64,000 nucleotides of DNA from Candidatus Levyibacteriota bacterium (GCA_043823085.1 JBDRBE010000004.1:133510-197509), one strand, 5' to 3'. Positions 41,000-52,143 are shown, counted from the first letter of the stretch. Notes: generated from the sequence alone by a model not told the origin. A program made the numbers and translations.

Positions 41000-42520
41000 T
41001 TAAACAGAAAATATTTTTTTAGAATCTTGAATTGTTTTTTGCATTGCTTTTAGAGTTTCTTCATTTGGTTTAAGGCCAGACATTAATGTCTCAATTAATT
41101 TTTTATTGTGAGTTTGGACGTATCTATGAAATTCCGTTTCGAATTTTCGCACCGAATCTACAGGTATATCATCAAGATATCCATTTGTTACAGCCCAAAT
41201 GCTTAGCATTTCCAAACTTTCAATAAGCGGTTGGTATTGAGCTTGTTTAAGCATCTCTGTCATTCTTTTTCCTTTTTCAAGTTGCGAGAGCGTAGCTTGG
41301 TCCAGTTCGCTTCCAAATTGAGCAAATGACGCAAGCTCCCGATATTGCGCAAGTTCCAGCCTCAGTTTTCCCGATACGGATTTCATAGCGGGTGTTTGCG
41401 CCGCGCCCCCGACTCTTGAAACAGAATTACCCGCATTAATAGCCGGTCGAATTCCAATATTAAATAAATCTGCCTGTAAAAATATCTGTCCGTCTGTAAT
41501 GGAAATAATATTTGTTGGAATATAGGCTGAAAGATCGCCGGCTTGGGTTTCAATAATTGGTAAAGCCGTTATTGATCCTCCGCCATTTTTTTTGTTTAAT
41601 TTTACCGCTCTTTCTAAAAGACGGCTGTGGAGATAGAAAATATCTCCGGGATATGCTTCTCTTCCGGCCGGCCGTCTTAAAACCAACGAAATCTGTCGAT
41701 ACGCCCAGGCATGTTTTGTAAGGTCATCATAGGCGATTAAAACATCTTCCCCTTTTGCCATAAAGTATTCGGCGATTGCACAACCGGCATATGGAGCAAG
41801 ATACTGCAAGGCCGCAGGATCTGAAGCGCTGGCACAGACGACAATAGTGTATCCAAACGCATTCTCCTCTTTTAATTTGTTAATTATTTGAGCGATTGTG
41901 CTTTGTTTAAGGCCTATTGCAACATAAATACAAATGACTCTTTTATCGCCTTTTTTTACATTTTTTTGATTAATGATTGTGTCAATAACAATAGCAGTTT
42001 TTCCCAGTCCTCTGTCTCCGATAATTAATTCTCTTTGCCCTCGTCCGATTGGAATCATTGAGTCAATTGCCTTGATGCCTGTTTTAATGGGTGTGTTTAC
42101 GGGTTCTCTTTCGACAACCCCCGCTGCAATAGTTTCAAGGGGCATATCAGGCCCTTTGGAAATTTTTTGTTTTCCGTCAAGTGGTTTTCCAAGCGGGTTA
42201 ATTACTCTTCCCAAAAGTTCGTCGGATGCTTTCACGCTTAAAACTTTCCCTGTTGTTTTAACAATATTCCCTTCACGGAGATTTTCACCTTTATCTAGTA
42301 AAATCATTGATACACTGTCTTCGTCCAGTCCTAAAACAACACCTGTGCTTCCTTCGTTAAAGCTTACAATTTCTCCTGCGAATGCTTTTGAAAGTCCATT
42401 GGCAATAATAACCCCGTCATTATTTTTTTCAACGGTTCCAATATTTTGCGTTTTTTTGCCTCCTTGGAAGGAAGAAAGTTTCTTTTCCAACTCTGAAATA
42501 ATAGATTGACTATTAATCAT
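41000..42520 (-). CDS. atpA: F1 ATP synthase alpha subunit
   Basis: GDRGLGKT P-loop. 506 aa. Confidence 0.95.
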   Translation of the reverse strand: MINSQSIISELEKKLSSFQGGKKTQNIGTVEKNNDGVIIANGLSKAFAGEIVSFNEGSTGVVLGLDEDSVSMILLDKGENLREGNIVKTTGKVLSVKASDELLGRVINPLGKPLDGKQKISKGPDMPLETIAAGVVEREPVNTPIKTGIKAIDSMIPIGRGQRELIIGDRGLGKTAIVIDTIINQKNVKKGDKRVICIYVAIGLKQSTIAQIINKLKEENAFGYTIVVCASASDPAALQYLAPYAGCAIAEYFMAKGEDVLIAYDDLTKHAWAYRQISLVLRRPAGREAYPGDIFYLHSRLLERAVKLNKKNGGGSITALPIIETQAGDLSAYIPTNIISITDGQIFLQADLFNIGIRPAINAGNSVSRVGGAAQTPAMKSVSGKLRLELAQYRELASFAQFGSELDQATLSQLEKGKRMTEMLKQAQYQPLIESLEMLSIWAVTNGYLDDIPVDSVRKFETEFHRYVQTHNKKLIETLMSGLKPNEETLKAMQKTIQDSKKIFSV

Positions 42521-42869
42521 TCGTTTCTCCTATATATTTCGCTAAATCATCAAGCGTATTTTTTAAATCCATTTCATAGAGTATATCATTGTCCTGGATT
42601 CTCATGCCCAAGATTAAGTTAGGATCAAGATTATAAATAATTTTTTTAGAGCCAAACATATTTTTTAAATTTTTTATATTTTCGCCTTTTAAGGGTCTAG
42701 GCGAAGACACTATTACACTTCTTTGTAGTTCTAAATTTTTCAAAGCTTTTATATAATGTTTTAATTCTTTTCTTGTTAATCTTTCGGCTATCCTTTCTAC
42801 TTTTTTTTGATCGAGATTGTTTTTGGTATAACTTTCCAAGATTAATTTTTTTATGTGTTTTTTTGTCAT
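42513..42869 (-). CDS. atpH: ATP synthase delta (OSCP) subunit, unusually short (118 aa)
   Basis: Position between the b and alpha subunits, with a C-terminal OSCP-like segment. The N-terminal domain appears to be missing. Confidence 0.55.
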   Translation of the reverse strand: MTKKHIKKLILESYTKNNLDQKKVERIAERLTRKELKHYIKALKNLELQRSVIVSSPRPLKGENIKNLKNMFGSKKIIYNLDPNLILGMRIQDNDILYEMDLKNTLDDLAKYIGETND

Positions 42870-42870
42870 T

Positions 42871-43377
42871 TTAATTTGGTTTTTCTTTAAATCGTTTTAT
42901 GGCTTTATTAATAATTTCTTCCTGATCCTTTTCGCTAAAAAAATCCTTCATTGTTTTTTGCAAAAATTGAATAGCAAGATTTGAAACATGGACAGTAAGT
43001 TTTTCCTCGGTAAGTTTCGCTTCTCTTGAGATTTGATTTTTTGCTTCTTCCACAAGCATCTCTGTCTGTTTCTTTGTTCGTTTTTCTGCTTTATTAGAAA
43101 GTTCGAGCGCCTGGTTTTTTGCCTCTTGAAGCATTTGGTTTGCCTGACCTTGAGCTTTTTTTAAAATATTTTTTTCATCTTCAAGAGTTTTTTCCAAAAG
43201 AAGCCTTGCTTTTTCTGAATTTTCCAATCCTGCTTTTATTTTTACTTCTCTTTCTTTTAGCATCCCAAGAATTGGTTTATAAAGAAGCTTTCGTAAAAGG
43301 AACAATATAATCAGAAAATTTATTATTTGAGCTGCCAACAACATCGGATCAAGCCCAAAATTATTTATAATCTCCAT
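42871..43377 (-). CDS. atpF: Fo ATP synthase subunit b
   Basis: N-terminal TM helix followed by a long charged coiled coil. Confidence 0.8.
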   Translation of the reverse strand: MEIINNFGLDPMLLAAQIINFLIILFLLRKLLYKPILGMLKEREVKIKAGLENSEKARLLLEKTLEDEKNILKKAQGQANQMLQEAKNQALELSNKAEKRTKKQTEMLVEEAKNQISREAKLTEEKLTVHVSNLAIQFLQKTMKDFFSEKDQEEIINKAIKRFKEKPN

Positions 43378-43392
43378 AATTTAAACACAAAT

Positions 43393-44338
<946 letters not shown>

Positions 44339-44384
44339 ATTTGTTTTCTTTTATTTAATATTTTAGAGATAACATCAGATTAAG

Positions 44385-47300
44385 TCAAGAAGAAAAATAG
44401 TTTAAAGGGTAAATTTTTTCGATAATAATAATCGATTTTTCATTTTTGGTATCTATTTTCCCATCAATAACAATAATTGTGTCTTCCCGTAAAAGATTTT
44501 TATACTGGTCAAAAATTTTAGGGAAAACAATGCATTCGAGACTAATTCCCTTTTCGTCGCTTATTACCAAAAAGGCCATTTCTTTATTGGATTTTTTAGT
44601 AAATATTCTTCTAAGCGATTCGATAAGGCCTCCAATTCTAACTTTACTTCCTTCTGTTTCTTCGGGAATTAACTCAAAACTATGGGAAACAGTAGATTTT
44701 AACAAAAGGAGATTTTCCATTTGCGGATGAGAAGTTAAATAAATGCCTAAAAATTCTTTTTCAAAAGCCAGCTTTTCGTTTGCACTGAATTCTTCAACGT
44801 CTGTGGTAAAACGGTCAGAAGAAACGGGATCGTCTGTATCATCAAAAAGCATTCCCTGACCTTGGGCTTTTTGTTTTTTTATTTTATGTAAGTTTTCTAA
44901 AGTTTGAGGAAGACTGATTAAAAGATTGGCTCGTTTTCCAAAATCATCCATGGCTCCTGCTTTAATAAGGCTTTCCATAGTTTTTTTATTTACCTTACTA
45001 AGGTCAACTCTTTGGCAAAAATCATCGAAATTTTTGAATAGTTCATTCTTTCTTGAAGCAAGGATTGTTTCAATTGCCGCTGTCCCTACATTTTTAATGG
45101 CAGATAATCCAAATCTTATTTTAGTTTTATCTTCAATAGAAAATTCGCTTTCTGATTTATTAATGTCAGGGGGTAAAACTAAAATTTTAATTTTTTTGCA
45201 TTCTGCTACGGCCAGAGCAATTTTTTCGTTCTTAACAGGTCCGGATGAACTACGAGACTCAGCAGTTAGAAGAGCTGTCATAAATTCCACTGGAAAGTGG
45301 GATTTCATGTATCCGGTTTGGTAAGCAATTAAAGCGTAAGATGCGCTATGAGATTTGTTGAAACCATAGCCGACAAATTTTTCAATTAATGCAAAAACGT
45401 CTTCGGCTGTTTTCTTTGAATACCCTTTAGCAAGACACCCTTTCATGAATTTTTCTTTTTCTTTTTTCATTAACTCCGGTTTTTTCTTGCCGATAGCTTT
45501 TCTAAAAGTATCCGCTTCAGCCAGAGTGTAACCTGCCATGACATTTGCAATTTGCATACATTGTTCTTGGTAAACAGCTATACCATATGTTTCTTCTAAA
45601 ATTGGCTTTAGATCGGGATGCGGATAATTTATTTTAAAAGAGTTGTTTTTTGATGCAATAAATTCGTCGATCCAGGCCATAGGTCCCGGTCGAAAAAGCG
45701 CGACCATTGCTGAAAGATCGGAAATCTTTGAAGGCTTAAGGTCTTTGGCAAGTCTTCTCATTCCGGCTGATTCAAGCTGGAAAACTCCTGTTGTCTCACC
45801 GCTTTTTATTAAGTCATAGATACTTTTGTCATCAAGAGGAATTTTTTCAAGATCAATATTGATATTCTGATTTTTTTTAACAAAAATAATAGCGTTTTCC
45901 AAAATTGTTAAGTTCCTAAGTCCTAAAAAATCAATTTTTAAAAGTCCGATAGCGTTTGAGGAAACATTTAAATCTAGATCGTACATATCGTATTGCGTAA
46001 TTATTCTTTCGCCTCTTGCTTCTCTTTGAAGTGGAGTATATTCAGTCAATGATTTATCTGCGATAACAACACCTGCGGCATGAGTTGAGGCATGTCTTGT
46101 AACACCCTCCAGTTTTCTTGCTAAATCTAAAAGTTTTTTTGTTTCTTGTTCGCTATGATAGGCAACTGATAATTCTGTACTTTGTTCTAGAGCTTTTTCG
46201 ATAGTCATTGTAAATCCTTGAGCCCCAAGCGGAATCATTTTCGAAATTCTATCAGGTCCGGTATAGGGCATTCCCAAAGCTCTTCCCGTGTCTCTAATAG
46301 AACCTCTTGCCTCCATTGTTCCAAAAGTTATAATTTGAGCTACTTTATCGCTTCCGTATTTACCAGTGACATATTTAATCACCTCGTCTCTTCGGTCATC
46401 TGCAAAATCTAAATCAAAGTCAGGGGGAGTTGGCCTTTCCGGATTTAAAAATCTTTCAAACGGAAGTTTATACAAAAGGGGATCAAGCTGTGTGATTTTT
46501 AGAATGTAAGAGATAATGCTTCCAGCAACCGACCCTCTCCCCGGTCCTGCACCGATTCCTTTAACTCTTGCCCATTGTTTTAGATCGTGGACGATTAAAA
46601 AATAAGTTGAATACCCTTTTTGTATAATGATTGATAATTCATACTCAATTCTTTTTTTTACTTCATCGTTTGGTTTTGGGTATCTTTCTTTTAAATTTTT
46701 ATCGACAAGTTCGCGAAGGTAAATTTCCGTCGTTTGGCCTTTGGGAACTTTAAATTGGGGAATTATCCATTTCCCTGTCTCGATTTCAAGATTGCACATG
46801 TCGGCAATTTTGACCGTATTTTCAATAGCTTGCGGATATTGAATAAACTGTCCTGCCATTTCTTCTGGACTTTTTAGGTAAAAATCCGGAGATTCGATCA
46901 TCGATAAGGGTCTATCTTTATCCAAGAGAGTTTTTTGAGTCTGGATGCAAAGTAAAATTTCTTGAGCTTGCGCATCCTCTTTTGTCGGATAATGCGTGTC
47001 GTTTGTGGCGACAATTGGCAAGCCCATTCTTTTTGAAAGTTCTATAAGATGTCCGTTTAATGTTTCTTGCACATCGATTTTTGGATGTATTTGCAGTTCT
47101 AAAAAGAAATTTCCTTGCCCATAAATATCTACTAGCGCTTTTGTTTTATCCTCGGCTTCTTTTTGTTTTCCCAAAAGCAACGGTTCGGCGATAAACCCGT
47201 TGACGCAGGCGGATAAGCAAATTAATCCTTTACTGTATTTTGAAAGCGTTTGTAAATCAAGCCTAGGTTTATAATAAAAGCCTTCCAAATTGGAAATTGT

Positions 47301-47618
47301 TACAAGCTTAAGAAGATTTTTATAGCCGACATTGTCTTTTGCAAGTAAAACCAGGTGATTTCTATCAGCATCAATATTTGCTTCTTTATCATGTAAATTG
47401 CGTCTTGCAATGTAAACTTCGCAGCCGATAATTGGTTTTATGCCTGCCTCTTGGCAAGAGTGATAAAATTTTAACGCTCCGTACAAAGCTCCATGGTCGG
47501 TAATCGCCAACGCTTTCATCCCTAATTCTTTTGCACGGCGTACCATGTTGGGGATTTTTGAAAGCCCATCCAAAAGTGAAAATTCAGTATGGTTGTGAAG
47601 ATGAACGAAGTCTGCCAT
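44385..47618 (-). CDS. dnaE: DNA polymerase III alpha subunit
   Basis: N-terminal PHP domain (HLHNHTEFSLLDG), polymerase core and OB fold. 1077 aa. Confidence 0.95.
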   Translation of the reverse strand: MADFVHLHNHTEFSLLDGLSKIPNMVRRAKELGMKALAITDHGALYGALKFYHSCQEAGIKPIIGCEVYIARRNLHDKEANIDADRNHLVLLAKDNVGYKNLLKLVTISNLEGFYYKPRLDLQTLSKYSKGLICLSACVNGFIAEPLLLGKQKEAEDKTKALVDIYGQGNFFLELQIHPKIDVQETLNGHLIELSKRMGLPIVATNDTHYPTKEDAQAQEILLCIQTQKTLLDKDRPLSMIESPDFYLKSPEEMAGQFIQYPQAIENTVKIADMCNLEIETGKWIIPQFKVPKGQTTEIYLRELVDKNLKERYPKPNDEVKKRIEYELSIIIQKGYSTYFLIVHDLKQWARVKGIGAGPGRGSVAGSIISYILKITQLDPLLYKLPFERFLNPERPTPPDFDLDFADDRRDEVIKYVTGKYGSDKVAQIITFGTMEARGSIRDTGRALGMPYTGPDRISKMIPLGAQGFTMTIEKALEQSTELSVAYHSEQETKKLLDLARKLEGVTRHASTHAAGVVIADKSLTEYTPLQREARGERIITQYDMYDLDLNVSSNAIGLLKIDFLGLRNLTILENAIIFVKKNQNINIDLEKIPLDDKSIYDLIKSGETTGVFQLESAGMRRLAKDLKPSKISDLSAMVALFRPGPMAWIDEFIASKNNSFKINYPHPDLKPILEETYGIAVYQEQCMQIANVMAGYTLAEADTFRKAIGKKKPELMKKEKEKFMKGCLAKGYSKKTAEDVFALIEKFVGYGFNKSHSASYALIAYQTGYMKSHFPVEFMTALLTAESRSSSGPVKNEKIALAVAECKKIKILVLPPDINKSESEFSIEDKTKIRFGLSAIKNVGTAAIETILASRKNELFKNFDDFCQRVDLSKVNKKTMESLIKAGAMDDFGKRANLLISLPQTLENLHKIKKQKAQGQGMLFDDTDDPVSSDRFTTDVEEFSANEKLAFEKEFLGIYLTSHPQMENLLLLKSTVSHSFELIPEETEGSKVRIGGLIESLRRIFTKKSNKEMAFLVISDEKGISLECIVFPKIFDQYKNLLREDTIIVIDGKIDTKNEKSIIIIEKIYPLNYFSS

Positions 47619-47622
47619 AAAA

Positions 47623-48396
47623 CTATTTCATTATGTTTTCAAATATTATCTTTTCTCCAACCCTTTTTGCTTGTACAAAATGATTTCTGGTGTGTTTTGC
47701 TTTGTATAATGCTTGATCGGCAAGTTTAATTACGTCTTCAAGTTTGTCGCCTGGGTGGTAGTCTGCAACTCCCCCGCTGATTCTAACTACTTTAAGTTTA
47801 TTTTTTGGATCAGCGTCGGGACTGTAAGAACGGTTTTCTAGAATGTTTCTCGTAACCATTGATATTTTAGAAGCATGAGCTGAAACAACGTGGAATAAGC
47901 CTTGGAGGTAAGATTCTTTGTCGTCCATATTTATTATTTGAAGAAATTCATCTCCTCCCCACCGCGCAATCGGTTCAGATGTTCTATGATCTAGTAGTTT
48001 AGCGCTTCTTAATATGTCGTCTCCAACTGGGTGTCCATATCCGTCGTTTACGAATTTAAATTTATCGTAATCCATTATTAAGATTTTAAATGCAAGTCCA
48101 ATCCTGTCAGCTTGCGATGTTCTCATTTTTAGTTGCTCTTCCATCCATCTTCTATTAGGCAGGCCTGTTACGCTATCGACAACTGAAAGTTTTTTTGTTG
48201 ATTTTTCTCTTTCTCTCAATCTCTCAATTCTCATATCTTTTGCGGTTTGACTTCTAGCAATTCTATTTACTGCAACAGGATCACTATTCGGAAGAATTTT
48301 ATTTAGTTCTTTAGTAATTCCTTGAACCCTAGCTTGATTTTGGGGTATTTTACTTTCTTTTTGTTCTGGTTGTTCTGGACTTTGTATGTCTGACAT
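47623..48396 (-). CDS. GGDEF-domain protein (putative diguanylate cyclase) without a recognisable sensor domain
   Basis: GGDEF signature (ARWGGDEF) with upstream RxxD-like context. It has an ~80-aa low-complexity N-terminus. Confidence 0.7.
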   Translation of the reverse strand: MSDIQSPEQPEQKESKIPQNQARVQGITKELNKILPNSDPVAVNRIARSQTAKDMRIERLREREKSTKKLSVVDSVTGLPNRRWMEEQLKMRTSQADRIGLAFKILIMDYDKFKFVNDGYGHPVGDDILRSAKLLDHRTSEPIARWGGDEFLQIINMDDKESYLQGLFHVVSAHASKISMVTRNILENRSYSPDADPKNKLKVVRISGGVADYHPGDKLEDVIKLADQALYKAKHTRNHFVQAKRVGEKIIFENIMK

Positions 48397-48398
48397 AG

Positions 48399-49766
48399 TT
48401 AATTTAACTTTTTGATTATAGTGTTTCTGATTGTTTCCGTGTTGACTTTTTTGTCTTTTAATTTGCGGTTAACAGAGCCTATAAGAAAGCCCAAGACTTG
48501 AGTTTTTCCATTTTTGTAATCATTTATCGCTTTTTTGTTCTCCAATAAAACTTCTTTTACGATTTTTTCTAATTCGTCGTCGGATATTGTAGTTGTTTGC
48601 GTTGATTTTAATATTTGTTGAATAAGCTCTGCCGGTAAAACTTGTTTAATGTTGATTCTTTTATTTATAATCCAGTTGGCAATTGTTTTTGCGTCTGTCT
48701 GATTCACTTTTACGCATTCTTCAAAATATTCTGCAGTATTTTTTTCTCTGGTTAAAATTTCCGCATCATAATTAATCAAAGAGTACTCTTTTTTAAACCG
48801 CTCGAATTTTTGATCGGGAAGTTCAACCATTTGATTCGCCAGCTGGCGGATTTGATTTTCCGTCCAACGGAATGGAGGAATGTCGGGCTCGGGGAAATAT
48901 CTGTAATCATGCGCTTGTTCTTTGCTTCGCTGGGTTACTGTTGTCTGCTTTTTTTCATCCCAGCCTCTTGTTTCTTGCTCCGGAATTTTTCCAGATTCAA
49001 GAATTTTTTCCTGTCTTTGAATTTCATAATTAATCGCTTTCTCAACGAACTTAAATGAATTGATATTTTTAACCTCAACTTTATAGGGAGGTAATTTATT
49101 GTTTAGATTTGAATTTTGATTTGTAGTTTTGATTTTTGAGGTTTGATTTTTGAGGTTTAATGATATGTTGGGTTCCAGTCTCATTTCTCCTTTCTCCATA
49201 TTCGCATTCGAAACGCCTAGATAGCGGACAATTTGCTGAAGTTTTTGCAAAAATTCTTTAACATCAGTTGAATTCTCAAAATCCGGTTCCGTCACAATTT
49301 CAACTAGGGGAACGGCGGATCTATTAAAGTCGACAAGAGAAAATCCTTCGTCACTATGAATCAATTTAGCTGTATCTTCTTCCATGTGAACACGCCTGAT
49401 CCTTATATTTTTGATTTTTAATTTTTGATTTTTGATTTTGAGCAATCCGTTGATTGCGAACGGTTTATCATATTGGCTTATTTGGTATCCTTTTGCCAAA
49501 TCGGGATAAAAGTAATTTTTTCTGTCAAATTTTGAAGTTAATGGAATTTTACAGTTTAATGCCAGTCCAATCATAATGCACCAATCAATTGCGGTTTTAT
49601 TTGGTACGGGAAGTGCCCCAGGAAGTCCAAGACAAACAGGACAGGTATGAGTGTTTGGATCTTTGCCAAAATACTCGGCAGAACATGAACAAAACATCTT
49701 CGATTTTGTCTTTAGCTCCACATGAACTTCTAGTCCTATAATAGGTTGATATTTTACGTCTTTCAT
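48399..49766 (-). CDS. gatB: Asp/Glu-tRNA amidotransferase subunit B
   Basis: IGLEVHVEL...CSCS N-terminus. It contains two low-complexity insertions encoded by heptamer arrays. Confidence 0.9.
   Translation of the reverse strand: MKDVKYQPIIGLEVHVELKTKSKMFCSCSAEYFGKDPNTHTCPVCLGLPGALPVPNKTAIDWCIMIGLALNCKIPLTSKFDRKNYFYPDLAKGYQISQYDKPFAINGLLKIKNQKLKIKNIRIRRVHMEEDTAKLIHSDEGFSLVDFNRSAVPLVEIVTEPDFENSTDVKEFLQKLQQIVRYLGVSNANMEKGEMRLEPNISLNLKNQTSKIKTTNQNSNLNNKLPPYKVEVKNINSFKFVEKAINYEIQRQEKILESGKIPEQETRGWDEKKQTTVTQRSKEQAHDYRYFPEPDIPPFRWTENQIRQLANQMVELPDQKFERFKKEYSLINYDAEILTREKNTAEYFEECVKVNQTDAKTIANWIINKRINIKQVLPAELIQQILKSTQTTTISDDELEKIVKEVLLENKKAINDYKNGKTQVLGFLIGSVNRKLKDKKVNTETIRNTIIKKLN
49131..49158. 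repeat. Tandem 14-mer (gatttttgaggttt)x2 plus flanking degenerate copies inside gatB (sense strand: aaacctcaaaaatc)
   Basis: Read directly from the sequence. It encodes ...KPQKSNLKNQTSKIK... Confidence 0.85.
49407..49441. repeat. (atttttg)n array of 4-5 units inside gatB (sense strand: caaaaat)
   Basis: Read directly from the sequence. It encodes LKIKNQKLKIKNIRI. Confidence 0.9.
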
Positions 49767-49814
49767 ATATTTTCAACCATAAACACTTTAATGATATATA
49801 TTATTAAAGTAAAC

Positions 49815-51242
49815 TTATAATAAGTTAGGTTTCTTTTTATAATGTTGCGACTCTTGTTCATATTTATTCCCGATGTTGAATAATAATTCTTCTGAAAATT
49901 GCGGTCCGATGATTTGCATGCCAATCGGCAGTCCATTTTTTGAAAAACCGCAGGGTAGCGCAAGGGAGGGGAGTCCTGCCAGATTAATTAAAACTGTATA
50001 AACATCAATTAAATACATTTGTAAAGGATCATTGACCTTCTCCCCTATTTTAAACGGCGGGGTAGGCGAGACCGGAGCAATTATAACATCGCATTGCGTA
50101 AATGCTTTTTCAAAATCGTTTTTAATTAAAGTTCTAACTTGCATTGCTTTTCTGTAATAAGCTTCGTAATATCCGGCCGATAATGCATATGTTCCAAGCA
50201 TGATTCTTCTTTTTGCTTCACTGCCAAAATTTTCTCTTTCCGATCCAAATCTTATATTATCGTATCTTGCCAAATTAGAACTGGTTTCAGAAGGCGCAAT
50301 AATATAATAGGTGGCAATGCCGTATTCGGTTCGCGGGATTGAAACATCAATAATATGTGCGCCTTTTTCCTCCAAAGTTTTTAACGCTTTGTTGATAGTT
50401 CCTTTAACTTCGCTGTCCAAACCTTCCTGATAGAATTCTTTTGGAATCCCGATCTTTAGTCCTTTTATTCCTTTATTTACTGATTTAATATAATCGGGAA
50501 CTTTGTTGGGCGAACTGGTAGCATCTAAAGAATCGATTCCAGCCATGATATTCAATAAATAAGCATTATCGTGAACGCATTTTCCCATCGGACCAACGCT
50601 ATCAAGTGAAGAAGCGTAGGCAATAGCACCGTAGCGTGAAACTCTGCCGTAAGTTACTTTTAATCCGGTAGTTGAACAGAATGAGGAAGGAAGGCGGATT
50701 GAGCCTCCTGTGTCCTCGCCTACTTCAAAAATAGTCATGTCGCTTGCTAGAGCTGCGGCAGCGCCGCCGCTTGAGCCACCTGCAACATATTCACTGTTCC
50801 ATGGGTTTTTCGTCGTGCCGTAGTCGGAATTTTCGGTTGAACTGCCATGTCCAAAAGCGTCGCAGTTGGTTTTTCCAATTAAAATCGCGCCTGCATCTTT
50901 TAATTTTTTGTAAACAGTTGCGTTATAGGGTGGAATATAATTTTCTAAAATTTTTGATCCGGCAGTTGTTTTAATTCCTTTGGTGGAATAAATATCTTTC
51001 ATAGAGAAAGGGATGCCTAATAACGGCTTATGGCTAATAGCAGACGGTGTATGGTTTATTTCTTCATCGGCTCGTTTAGCATTTCCCACCGCTTCTTTTT
51101 CGCAAACCGTGATATAGGCGTTTAATTTTCCATTTAATCTCTTGATTTGTTCAAAACAGGCGGACACCAGTTCTAAAGATGAGAATTTTTTAGTTTCCAG
51201 TCCTTCCTTCGCTTCTTTTATGGTTAGGTGGTTTAGTGTCAT
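49815..51242 (-). CDS. gatA: Glutamyl-tRNA(Gln) amidotransferase subunit A
   Basis: Amidase signature GGSSGGAAAALA. Confidence 0.95.
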   Translation of the reverse strand: MTLNHLTIKEAKEGLETKKFSSLELVSACFEQIKRLNGKLNAYITVCEKEAVGNAKRADEEINHTPSAISHKPLLGIPFSMKDIYSTKGIKTTAGSKILENYIPPYNATVYKKLKDAGAILIGKTNCDAFGHGSSTENSDYGTTKNPWNSEYVAGGSSGGAAAALASDMTIFEVGEDTGGSIRLPSSFCSTTGLKVTYGRVSRYGAIAYASSLDSVGPMGKCVHDNAYLLNIMAGIDSLDATSSPNKVPDYIKSVNKGIKGLKIGIPKEFYQEGLDSEVKGTINKALKTLEEKGAHIIDVSIPRTEYGIATYYIIAPSETSSNLARYDNIRFGSERENFGSEAKRRIMLGTYALSAGYYEAYYRKAMQVRTLIKNDFEKAFTQCDVIIAPVSPTPPFKIGEKVNDPLQMYLIDVYTVLINLAGLPSLALPCGFSKNGLPIGMQIIGPQFSEELLFNIGNKYEQESQHYKKKPNLL

Positions 51243-51244
51243 AT

Positions 51245-51343
51245 AATTTTCAATTTTTAATTTTTAATCAATTTTCAATGACAAAATTTTTGAACATTAA
51301 AACATTTTGATTTCACTTTAAATTTCAAATTTTAAATTTAAAA
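51245..51343. repeat. gatC-gatA intergenic spacer built almost entirely of AATTTTY/AAATTTY heptamer-like units
   Basis: aattttc-aattttt-aattttt-aatcaattttcaatg ... aaatttc-aaatttt-aaattta-aaatt. Confidence 0.7.
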
Positions 51344-51625
51344 TTACGAATCTAGTATCGCTTTCACCTTGAACATTCCATTATGCGTATCTTTCCCGTT
51401 TGCCAGCGCTTCTTCTTGGGATAATGAAGGCTTTGCTTCGTCAGTTATCGTCACATTTTCCAGTCCTGTAACCTGGCTTGTCGGTTCTACATTCTTCGTT
51501 TCTACCTCTCCAAGTTTTTTAATATAATTGAGGATAGAAGAAAGCTGGGATTCAAATGTTTTTATTTCCTCGTTTTTTAACTCCAAATTCGCAAGTTTCG
51601 CAACGTGTTTAATATTCATTTTCAC
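51344..51625 (-). CDS. gatC: Glutamyl-tRNA(Gln) amidotransferase subunit C
   Basis: 93 aa, starts MKMNIKHVAKLANLEL, GatC family. Confidence 0.85.
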   Translation of the reverse strand: MKMNIKHVAKLANLELKNEEIKTFESQLSSILNYIKKLGEVETKNVEPTSQVTGLENVTITDEAKPSLSQEEALANGKDTHNGMFKVKAILDS

Positions 51626-51746
51626 ATATTAATTATAGGTTCTTGCAAAATAATTCGCAACATGAAAAATAAATATGTATGGTGCAATATCACTTGAGTT
51701 TGTTTTAACAGTTGACAGCGATGTATTTGGGTGAAAGAATTAAAAC

Positions 51747-52028
51747 ATGAAAACAAAATATCAAAATGGGGGGTTGGAAGAAAAAATAGCAAGTGTATTC
51801 AGCGATTTTTTTCATGAAACCCTCGCTCCATACTTGGAAGAAAAATTTAGCGCAATTGATAAAAGATTTGATGAAAACGATATGGATCATGAGAAAATTT
51901 TTCGGGCGGTAGAGAGAAACAAAGATGAACACGACAAAATTTTTCAGGACTTAGAAAAAGCTGAAAAATTACTTAATGTTCATGGAAAGAAAATTAAACA
52001 TTTAAAATCCGCAGTTTCCGCTTTATAA
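51747..52028 (+). CDS. Hypothetical small coiled-coil protein
   Basis: 93-aa ORF, charged and helical. No family recognised. Confidence 0.4.
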   Translation: MKTKYQNGGLEEKIASVFSDFFHETLAPYLEEKFSAIDKRFDENDMDHEKIFRAVERNKDEHDKIFQDLEKAEKLLNVHGKKIKHLKSAVSAL

Positions 52029-52143
52029 TTAGTTTTTCAGTTTAGTGGAAAACTTTCGCAACGTGTTTTATATCAATTGTCATATCATAATTATATTCGC
52101 TTAAAGTTTAGTTCGTAAGGTGAAAATATGCTATAATCACATC

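Noticed and set aside
41973-42509. 178-aa ORF antisense to atpA
   Set aside because: Pro/Ser-rich translation of the opposite strand of a highly conserved gene, so it is an artefact.
44926-45324. 132-aa ORF antisense to dnaE
   Set aside because: It is embedded in dnaE on the opposite strand.
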